From: Promethearchaeota archaeon
GTDB taxonomy: Archaea > Asgardarchaeota > Lokiarchaeia > Sigyniarchaeales > SOKP01
Direction: 5' to 3'
NCBI GenBank assembly: GCA_016930515.1
Contig: JAFGGO010000147.1
Location: forward strand, 1-17,543
Length of the DNA stretch: 17,543 nt
In this document: in pieces, positions 1-7,254 of the stretch
Layout of the letters: the number at the start of each line of letters is the position of its first letter
Position numbering within the stretch: the first letter of the stretch is position 1
Position numbers and translations under genes: made by a program
The notes under the pieces: generated by a model
The model's database searches: none
Told to the model about the DNA's origin: nothing
The model's input: only the letters and a program-made list of their open reading frames with translations

Positions 1-138
1 TATTTAACAATTTTTAATTTTACTACACGCATTTATCAAAATATAACTCAAAAGTGATTACTTATTACAATTCTGAAGAATCTTTTTCTATAACATTAAG
101 ATTTTCTTTCCTACTCTAAATATAATAGTAGAGTAAAA

Positions 139-576
139 TTAATCTTGTACTTCTTCATTGCAGTTACATCTTTGGGATGTTAAAATGCTTTCGCCACAAG
201 GACATTCTTTGGGGTGATTGTATTTCCGACATATTTTATTTATCGTTTCGCACGAAAAAAGCAAGTTAAATTTTTCGCTTTCTTCGTGAGCAATTTCGTT
301 ATCCAAGCCTAATTCGTTTATTAATAACATTTCCAAGAGACGAGAATGTCGTATGAGTTCAATCGCAAGATTTTTTCCCTTTTCAGTCAAAAAAACTGGT
401 TTATATCTGGTATAAATCACGTGACCATTATCTTCCAATCTTTTCACGCAGCTCCCGATTGTTGAATGTGGAAATATCAAGCGTTTCGATAAATCTCCCA
501 CTTTTAATGGCGTTTCAGAGCGAAAAAGCGCTTTTAACACTTTATAATCGAGGTCTAATTCCAGGATTTTCACCAT
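139..576 (-). CDS. DtxR/MntR-family metal-dependent transcriptional regulator with Cys-rich C-terminus
   Basis: N-terminal wHTH (LKVGDLSKRLIFPHSTIGSCVKRLEDNGHVIYTRYKPVFLTEKG), then RHSRLLEMLL..LG dimerisation helix and P.ECPCG (family CPHG-like) motif. Lies 19 bp downstream of the ZIP gene on the same strand. Confidence 0.88.
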   Translation of the reverse strand: MVKILELDLDYKVLKALFRSETPLKVGDLSKRLIFPHSTIGSCVKRLEDNGHVIYTRYKPVFLTEKGKNLAIELIRHSRLLEMLLINELGLDNEIAHEESEKFNLLFSCETINKICRKYNHPKECPCGESILTSQRCNCNEEVQD

Positions 577-595
577 TCAAAATCATGATGTTTTT

Positions 596-1360
596 TTAAT
601 GTTCGTGGACGCTAAACATTACCATGAGAACCATGATCAGCACGCCTGAAAGTACTAATATTAATTGTTTGATATAATCCTTAGTTGTCGCTTTTTTATG
701 AAGCTCGGGTGCTAAATCAGATAACGCAATATATAAGAAACTGGCGGCTGAAATTGCAAGCATGAATGGAACTATCATGTGTATGGCATCTAAGATAAAA
801 TATCCCAAGATTGCCGCTGGAATCGTTGAAATACTCGAGAGGGTGTTGAGCAAGAACGCTTTTTTACGTGAGTAGCCCGAATGCAACAAAATTCCAAAAT
901 CTCCTGTTTCTTGTGGTATTTCGTGAATTATTATAGAAATACCTACAATAAATCCCAAGGTTGGATTCGTTAAAAACGCTGCCGCAATCACGATACCATC
1001 CGTAAAATTATGGAAAGCGTCTCCTATCAATACAATTGTACCAACTGTCTCAGAGCTGTGAACTTCGCAAGAATTATTTTGACAATTTCGCCAAATCAAG
1101 AGCTTTTCGAGGAAGAAAAAGAACAATAATGCTATCAAAATTACTATAGTTACTATATGAACATCCCCCGCCTCTTCTATTGCTTCGGGAATCAGAGCTA
1201 ATAACGCCGATGTAAGTAAAACTCCCGTTGCAAAAGAAATTAACATCGAAATTAAAGATTTCTGGGTCCTCTCGCCCAATAACATGAAACTTGCCGCAGC
1301 AGTAAGTGCTCCTACGCTTCCTAGTATCGAAAAAACAATTATCCATAACAATTCGTACAT
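596..1360 (-). CDS. ZIP-family (LIV-1-like) Zn/divalent metal transporter
   Basis: Multiple TM helices, GDAFHNFTDG and HEIPQETGDFGILL motifs, FLYIALSDLAPELH. Start moved from TTG 1372 to ATG 1360, which has GGAG 6 nt upstream. Confidence 0.93.
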   Translation of the reverse strand: MYELLWIIVFSILGSVGALTAAASFMLLGERTQKSLISMLISFATGVLLTSALLALIPEAIEEAGDVHIVTIVILIALLFFFFLEKLLIWRNCQNNSCEVHSSETVGTIVLIGDAFHNFTDGIVIAAAFLTNPTLGFIVGISIIIHEIPQETGDFGILLHSGYSRKKAFLLNTLSSISTIPAAILGYFILDAIHMIVPFMLAISAASFLYIALSDLAPELHKKATTKDYIKQLILVLSGVLIMVLMVMFSVHEH

Positions 1361-1382
1361 ATTTTTCTCCAAAAAATTGGTT

Positions 1383-1434
1383 ATTACGATATATCGTAAT
1401 TTCGTAAATATAAATTTTACGATCAGTCGTAAAA
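1383..1434. promoter_or_regulatory. Twin TTACGA-N4-TCGTAA palindromic operators flanking the TATA box of the ZIP-dtxR operon
   Basis: Perfect 18-bp palindrome ATTACGATATATCGTAAT at 1383-1400 and TTTTACGA-tcag-TCGTAAAA at 1415-1434. A minus-strand TTTATATT lies between them (about 1406-1414). Confidence 0.8.
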
Positions 1435-1524
1435 AAATCCTATATGTTTATCAGGTCTACAACTAACGAATTTAAATATTTACAACGATTATTTAAGTTA
1501 AAACCATTTTAACGAGCCAACACA

Positions 1525-2637
1525 GTGAAAATTGGAATCCCAAAGGAAATTAAACCCGGAGAAGGTAGAATAAGTCTTTCCCCAAACAATGTTGAGGATT
1601 TGGTTAAAATTGGTCACGATGTTATTATTGAAAAAGGTGCTGGAAATAAATCTGGTTTTCCAGACGAGTATTATATTAAAGCAGGGGCAAAGATTATAGA
1701 TTCAAAAAAGAAAATATATTCCAACTCTGAGATCGTCGTGAAAGTGAAAGAACCATACGAAGAAGAATTGAATTATTTTCAACCTGGACCTTTACTTTTT
1801 TCGTTCCTACACTTATCGGCTAACGAAAAATTAACGAAAACATTTGTTGAAGGCAAATCCACGGCAATTGCGTTTGAATCCGTGAGGCTTGGAGATAAAC
1901 TTCCCATATTAATTCCGATGTCGGAAGTTGCGGGGCGAATGAGCGCGATTATTGGAGCTAATTTGCTCTCAATTGAATATGGGGGATCGGGACAACTTTT
2001 AGGAGGTGCAACGGGTATTCATCACGGATATGTCGTGATCATCGGTGGTGGTACTGCGGGAAAGAGCGCAGCGCTCGCAGCTAATGGTTTAGGGGCGCAT
2101 GTGATCGTTCTCGAAAAAGATATAAATAGGATCAGGTATTTAAACGATGTATTTCCTGATAGGATATCAGTCATCAAGTCAAATTCAAATAATTTGCGGG
2201 AATGTGTGGAATTAGCCAATCTTTTGATAGGAACCGTTTTAATTCCAAATTGCAGGGCACCAAGAATTGTTTCCCGAGAAATGGTAAGGTCAATGAAACC
2301 AGGTTCTGTAGTTATTGATATTTCAATAGATCAAGGTGGTTGTATTGAAACTAGTCGTCCTACGACACACGACAATCCTATCTATACGGAAGAAGATGTT
2401 TTACATTATTGCGTGACAAACATGCCGGGAGCTTATCCAAGGTCATCAACCGAGGCTTTATCTGAAAACATATTTCCCTATTTAGTTGATCTCGTTTCGG
2501 AAGAGGATATAGTTGCAACATTAAATAAACACGATTCTTTAAAAACTGGCGTGAATATATTTAACGGAAATATTACCATAAAACCAATCGCAGAAGAATT
2601 TAACTTACCATACAAACCTTTGGAAGAAATTATTTAA
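1525..2637 (+). CDS. ald: Alanine dehydrogenase (bacterial AlaDH/PNT type)
   Basis: MKIGIPKEIK..EGR N-terminus, VKVKEP, FLHL, PMSEVAGRMS, GGGTAG Rossmann motif, DISIDQGGCIETSRPTTHDNP, HYCVTNMPGAYPRSST. GTG start. Confidence 0.96.
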   Translation: MKIGIPKEIKPGEGRISLSPNNVEDLVKIGHDVIIEKGAGNKSGFPDEYYIKAGAKIIDSKKKIYSNSEIVVKVKEPYEEELNYFQPGPLLFSFLHLSANEKLTKTFVEGKSTAIAFESVRLGDKLPILIPMSEVAGRMSAIIGANLLSIEYGGSGQLLGGATGIHHGYVVIIGGGTAGKSAALAANGLGAHVIVLEKDINRIRYLNDVFPDRISVIKSNSNNLRECVELANLLIGTVLIPNCRAPRIVSREMVRSMKPGSVVIDISIDQGGCIETSRPTTHDNPIYTEEDVLHYCVTNMPGAYPRSSTEALSENIFPYLVDLVSEEDIVATLNKHDSLKTGVNIFNGNITIKPIAEEFNLPYKPLEEII

Positions 2638-2681
2638 CACCTCCAGAAGAATTTCTATTTACTATAAGAGGTAAAAAAGCT

Positions 2682-4118
2682 ATTAATCAACCCATATTAT
2701 TAACTTGCAATAAATGCAAGAAGGAATTCTCACTATCTTCGAAATTAATTCACACATGCGATAAATGTGGTGGACTACTTTTATTTAAAGCAAACACTGC
2801 TGAATACGGAGAGCATTTTACTACTGATAATTCTTTTTCTTCTTTTTGGGATTTTAGTTTTGCATTGCCTTCTATTAAAGACGATTATAAAGTTAGCTTA
2901 GGTGAAGGGTGTACGCCTTTGAGAGCATCAAAAAAATTAGGAAAAAAATTAAGCATTAACAACCTTTTTTTCAAGGACGAAACTACAAACCCAACAAATT
3001 CGTTTAAAGATAGGGCTGCAGCTTTGTTAATTTCTCACGCTCGGAGCTGGAATTATCAAAGCGTGATATGTGCTTCAAACGGGAACCAGGGTGCATCAAT
3101 CGCGGCCTATGCGTCTCTTGAGGCAATGGAGTGCGTTAATGTGATCCCCGAAGAAATCGATGTCGGAAAAAGAGCTCAAATGATTGCGTACAACTCAAAA
3201 ATTGTTGTTAGCGGTAAAACAGTAGACGACGCAATAAACGAGGTGTTAAAACCAAAATACGACGTGTACTATCAATGTACTCCTGAACATAATCCACTCA
3301 CTATAGAAGCTCAGAAAACAATAGCTTTTGAACTAGTTAATAAAGGGATTCCTCCCGATTGGGTCATCGTTCCAATGGGGAGTGGTGGATTAATAGTAAG
3401 CCTATGGAATGGTTTCAGGGAATTATTTGAGGCCAAGGTTATTCAATCCTTGCCTAAACTAGTTGGTGTTCAATCACAAGCATCGGCACCAATAGTACAG
3501 GAATTTGAAAAAAATGTCGGATTAAAAAAAGTTTATGGTGATACTTCACACAAATCAAGAGCATTGGGTATTTTAGTCGTAGATCCAATGTATCACGAGC
3601 TAGCAATAAAGGCAATTCTTGATACAAGAGGGAGGGCGCTAGCCATCCCCGAAAATATTATGATAAGTTCTGCCGAAGAACTAGCGAGAAACGAAGGAAT
3701 ATTTGCAGAACCGGCGTCGGCGTTAACTATTTCAGCGTTAAATAGCTTAATACAGAAAAATGAGATTAATAAGGAACATAATGTTGTTTGTCTAATAACG
3801 GGAAGCGGATTAAAAACACCCCATGTATTGGACGCAATCTCAAATCGAGCTAAAACGGCGGGATCTAGCAACATATTGAGTACTAAACTTAAATTATTAT
3901 CTCAAATCTCGCTTTCTGAAAAAAAAGGAATTCATGGAAGCAAGTTAAAAGAAATAATCGGAACTATAAGCCTTCCTGCCATTTATCAACATTTAAAAGA
4001 ATTAGAGGCTAAAAACCTCATAACTCGAAAAAAAGAAGGTAAAACCGTATTATATTTTATTACTGACAACGGAAAAAAAGCACTCGAAGCTCTCGACATT
4101 CTTATCACGCTCCTATAA
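2682..4118 (+). CDS. thrC: Threonine synthase-like PLP enzyme with N-terminal Zn ribbon and C-terminal ArsR-like winged HTH
   Basis: SLGEGCTPL, KDETTNPTNSFKDR (PLP Lys), ASNGNQG, VPMGSGG, EGIFAEPASA, ITGSGLK, then a wHTH (SLPAIYQHLKELEAKNLI...YFITDNGK). The frame stays open upstream of the called TTG 2865 and encodes CNKC..CDKCGG. Start proposed at ATT 2682 after GAGGT; exact start uncertain. Confidence 0.85.
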   Translation: MNQPILLTCNKCKKEFSLSSKLIHTCDKCGGLLLFKANTAEYGEHFTTDNSFSSFWDFSFALPSIKDDYKVSLGEGCTPLRASKKLGKKLSINNLFFKDETTNPTNSFKDRAAALLISHARSWNYQSVICASNGNQGASIAAYASLEAMECVNVIPEEIDVGKRAQMIAYNSKIVVSGKTVDDAINEVLKPKYDVYYQCTPEHNPLTIEAQKTIAFELVNKGIPPDWVIVPMGSGGLIVSLWNGFRELFEAKVIQSLPKLVGVQSQASAPIVQEFEKNVGLKKVYGDTSHKSRALGILVVDPMYHELAIKAILDTRGRALAIPENIMISSAEELARNEGIFAEPASALTISALNSLIQKNEINKEHNVVCLITGSGLKTPHVLDAISNRAKTAGSSNILSTKLKLLSQISLSEKKGIHGSKLKEIIGTISLPAIYQHLKELEAKNLITRKKEGKTVLYFITDNGKKALEALDILITLL

Positions 4119-4136
4119 TTTTACCATACAAAATGT

Positions 4137-4151
4137 AAAAAGAAAAAAAAA
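4137..4151 (-). terminator. Probable archaeal U-tract terminator of the ECF S-component gene
   Basis: A-run on + (U-run on -) beginning 2 nt after the stop codon, in a convergent intergenic gap. Confidence 0.5.
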
Positions 4152-4153
4152 TG

Positions 4154-4753
4154 TTAAGGACTCGCTTTCAGGAATATTTTATCGAAAACTTGTGGTAATC
4201 CTTTTATTATGTTTTTTCTAGACGCTGAAATTAATAGTATGGATGCTGTTGCTGCCACGACGAATTGAATGAAATTACCAGGCATTTCTACTAGGGCTGT
4301 GGGTGCTCCATAGAGCAAGGATTCGTAAATAAAATACCCAAAAGGGATACATAATCCTCCTAAAACGACGGCTATCACATCGAATGCTGATAACCTTTTA
4401 TCGTTCTTACCGGGATTTGCAACGATACCTATCACAAAACCTTCAATTGCCTTGATGATCAGCGTAGCTGGAGCGTAAATCGCATAACCAAACGCTATAT
4501 CCGCAAGCATTGGTCCAAGTCCTCCTGCAATTCCTCCAATGATTGGACCAAAAAGTAGCGCCACGTACATTACTGCCACGTCTCCTATGTTAATATAGCC
4601 TCCGGTTGCAGGAACCGGGATTTGAACAAAAAATGTCATGAGAAAGTTAAAAGCTGTAAATATTCCTATTAACGATAGTACTAACGCATTATTTGGTAAA
4701 GAATACCCAAAAAAACTTGTTCTCGTGGTTTCAAATGTCTTTTCTGACATCAT
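4154..4753 (-). CDS. ECF transporter S component (substrate unknown)
   Basis: QIPVPATGGYINIGD, GGLGPMLADIAFGYAIYAPATLIIKAIEG and C-terminal PGNFIQ are typical S-component motifs. ATG 4753/4750 preferred over TTG 4765. Confidence 0.9.
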   Translation of the reverse strand: MMSEKTFETTRTSFFGYSLPNNALVLSLIGIFTAFNFLMTFFVQIPVPATGGYINIGDVAVMYVALLFGPIIGGIAGGLGPMLADIAFGYAIYAPATLIIKAIEGFVIGIVANPGKNDKRLSAFDVIAVVLGGLCIPFGYFIYESLLYGAPTALVEMPGNFIQFVVAATASILLISASRKNIIKGLPQVFDKIFLKASP

Positions 4754-4857
4754 GATTTTCAACAATATGTATAAGTTTCAACTTATGTATAGGTTGAAAG
4801 TTATATAAATGTTTTTAATAAGAATCTAGATTTTTAATTTAAATAAATGAATGAATG

Positions 4858-4867
4858 AAAAAAAAAA
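4858..4867 (-). terminator. Probable U-tract terminator
   Basis: A10 on + just downstream of the 4883 stop of the minus-strand gene. Confidence 0.45.
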
Positions 4868-4882
4868 GATAAATATGTTAAT

Positions 4883-5704
4883 TTAAGCGTTTTTGAATTC
4901 AATCTTTTTTTTTAACACTATAATTATAGATATCAAACTTACGATACTTGCTAAAAATACAAAATTAAAACCAGGTATGGATGTATCGGTTCCGCCGCTT
5001 GAAGTATTGGTTCCCTCGTCTGAAGTATCTTCTGCCATGTCCATATATATCGTGTCAATTGTCATTTGTGCGGTTCCCAAATCGAGCTTATTGTTAACGG
5101 CGTCTATACTTCCGCCTCCTCCCTCAGAGAGACTATAGTAAACGCCATAGATTGAAGTGTTTAAACCGCTAAGTGTTGACCGCAAAGATGCTGGAATGGT
5201 TGCGGAAAATTTGTTTGTGCCAATAGTTCCCACCGAGACGTTTTCGAGGGTATTTGACGTGAATCCCGTTCCGTTCCAAACAAAACGATCGTACATCGTA
5301 TCTTGCCTGAATAGATTGATGCTGAAAGCACCCCTATATATAGTTGCAACGATGCTATAAGATGGAAATGTTAGGCCGTATCCACCCATGCCCCCTGATA
5401 ATATCAGCATGGTGTCGTTAATGTTGGAACTCCAAATCACTGCAAGCCCGTGATAAATCGTCCATTCGCTCGTGTTCCCGTCGACGAAGACTTCGATCTG
5501 ACCCTCGCTGACCGCGTACGATGTGATGTCAATCTCGTCGGCGAAATCGCCTCCCATCCCGATAATTCCGTCTTTAATGGGAATCACATCGTTCTTACCG
5601 TCTTGTCCCGATAAATCCACGGTATAAGCTACATGAATAGAAAGAAATCCAAGGAATACAAACACGACCAAGGCGAAAAAAAGTATTTTTTTTGATTGTT
5701 TTAT
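4883..5704 (-). CDS. Secreted surface protein with S/T/G linker and PGF-CTERM/Loki-CTERM-like anchor
   Basis: C-terminus DTSDEGTNTSSGGTDTS-IPGF-TM helix-KKK, with several N-x-S/T sequons. In-frame extension to ATA 5704 completes a Sec signal (KQSKKILFFALVVFVFLG...). The ORF track starts at TTG 5671. Confidence 0.75.
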   Translation of the reverse strand: MKQSKKILFFALVVFVFLGFLSIHVAYTVDLSGQDGKNDVIPIKDGIIGMGGDFADEIDITSYAVSEGQIEVFVDGNTSEWTIYHGLAVIWSSNINDTMLILSGGMGGYGLTFPSYSIVATIYRGAFSINLFRQDTMYDRFVWNGTGFTSNTLENVSVGTIGTNKFSATIPASLRSTLSGLNTSIYGVYYSLSEGGGGSIDAVNNKLDLGTAQMTIDTIYMDMAEDTSDEGTNTSSGGTDTSIPGFNFVFLASIVSLISIIIVLKKKIEFKNA

Positions 5705-5841
5705 GGGTCTCTTGCTTGATTTTTATATTGTTTAAAATTGTCCTTAATCTGTGATTAACCCAAGTTCGAATAAAAAATTTACTCCTGTTGATTTAACTAT
5801 TTAAACAATAGATAAAATTAATTTAAAAAAACGGATAGAAA

Positions 5842-6498
5842 TTATTTTCGTTCTTTTTTTAAAAATTCCGGCTTAATCTTAGTGACGCGCGATACTATTT
5901 TTCCTCTCAAGTCTAATATAACGCTCGATTTCGCTTCGGATGATATTGAAATGTTATATTTATAATTTGGCTCCTCGATTTCTGTTGGTTCTGGCTCCGA
6001 TTTTAAAAATGTAACGTCCTTCGTCTGCTTAAAATCGAGTACGAGCTCAATGGAGTTGTCTAGCTTGTTTTCAATGGTTATTTTTCTCGAAATCGTGTCG
6101 TAACGGGTTCTCACTTCAATGTGTTCCTTGGGATCGCGAGCGTCCTCGTAGGTAACCTTTGCCTCACCTTCAACTACATTTACCACATCGTCGTCGACTT
6201 TTATATCGTCGTCAATGAGGTCTTCGGAAATGACCTTGTTTCCAATAGTTCCCGCCGTGTTCAAGAAAAGAAACGGTAACCCTTCCTTGTAGAGCGTCAT
6301 GGGAGAATTGGGTGGTATTTCCTTGGCTTCTCCTTCCTTAACGAGGATGTATCTCACTATGACGTTGTGTGCGATTTTATTATACGACACATTATTAGAC
6401 GCATATTGGATGTTTATCTCGCGTTCGATGTCGAACTTGGCTCTGGATTTAAACCAGTTTAATTTGATCTTCTTTCTAGTTGGCACGTTTGCTTTCAT
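5842..6498 (-). CDS. Protein resembling the C-terminal half of DUF4139 proteins
   Basis: Beta-rich. The segment RKITIENKLDNSIELVLDF...FLKSEPEP...YKYNISISSEAKSSVILDL resembles the DUF4139 terminal Ig-like module. Follows two DUF4140-like genes. ATG 6498 is preceded by AAGGTGG (track start is GTG 6507). Confidence 0.6.
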   Translation of the reverse strand: MKANVPTRKKIKLNWFKSRAKFDIEREINIQYASNNVSYNKIAHNVIVRYILVKEGEAKEIPPNSPMTLYKEGLPFLFLNTAGTIGNKVISEDLIDDDIKVDDDVVNVVEGEAKVTYEDARDPKEHIEVRTRYDTISRKITIENKLDNSIELVLDFKQTKDVTFLKSEPEPTEIEEPNYKYNISISSEAKSSVILDLRGKIVSRVTKIKPEFLKKERK

Positions 6499-6509
6499 TT
6501 TTTCCACCT

Positions 6510-7238
6510 TTATAACATTAAATTTTTCAATCTTTGGGTTCTTTTTATTTTTTGTTCTTGGTAAGGTTCATAAGCTTGCTCGGTCTCTTCGTAAACTGCT
6601 TGTTTTTGGTCGTCGGGATAATAATCAGTTCTCACGGGTTTTATGGGAAGGTTAAAAATTGCAAACCCTAATTCTACATTTTCGTAGGAAAAACCCGTAA
6701 GATTTTCGACCACGATAAATCCTTCAATTTCAGCAGATTCGTTACTTTTGTCGATCGATACCTGCAATGTCGTTTCCCATTTAATTCTCAAGTCGTTCAC
6801 GAAATACTTGATTTTCACGATGACTTCTCCCTCCCGTTTTGCGTCCACGATGAAGTTAAACACGCCGTTCATGTCCTCGTAATTTCTATAGGAACTTGAC
6901 TCGCAAATAGTCGATATTTTTTCCCTCATCTCCCGGGTGAAATCTATTGAGTAGGATATGATGCTATTTGCTGCAGATTTTTCCTTTTCAATTATTTTAT
7001 TAGAGTTGCTCCAATCTGGCAAGGATACGATGGTTTGTTGCAAAGTAAAAGCATTGAGATCTTCAGATTTTAAAAATTTTAATTCAACATTTGCAGAATT
7101 TGGGTCAAAACTCGCTGGAACATTTGCCAATTGAAAATCGTTCGTGCCTTGTTGAATGGAAACTTTCATTTCCCTTTCAACTATTCCTCCCCCTCCGTTA
7201 AAAATTATCAGTTTCTTTACTCTTGGATCAATAATCAT
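6510..7238 (-). CDS. DUF4140 plus N-terminal part of DUF4139, paralog B
   Basis: LIIFNGGGGIVEREMKVSIQQGTNDFQLANVPASFDPNS and KYFVNDLRIKWETTLQV...VENLTGFSYENVEL. GAGGA upstream of ATG. Collinear with 7255-8013. Confidence 0.75.
   Translation of the reverse strand: MIIDPRVKKLIIFNGGGGIVEREMKVSIQQGTNDFQLANVPASFDPNSANVELKFLKSEDLNAFTLQQTIVSLPDWSNSNKIIEKEKSAANSIISYSIDFTREMREKISTICESSSYRNYEDMNGVFNFIVDAKREGEVIVKIKYFVNDLRIKWETTLQVSIDKSNESAEIEGFIVVENLTGFSYENVELGFAIFNLPIKPVRTDYYPDDQKQAVYEETEQAYEPYQEQKIKRTQRLKNLML
6530..6547. repeat. 18-bp exact direct repeat, copy 1 (copy 2 at 7272-7289)
   Basis: ATCTTTGGGTTCTTTTTA on + in both places. Encodes the shared KRTQR motif near both paralog stop codons. Confidence 0.85.
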
Positions 7239-7254
7239 CTTTTCTATGGTTCCT

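Noticed and set aside
112-135. TACTCTA/TAGAGTA inverted repeat after the dtxR-like stop
   Set aside because: Only 7 AT-rich bp with a 10-nt loop and no following U-tract on the coding strand. Too weak to call a terminator.
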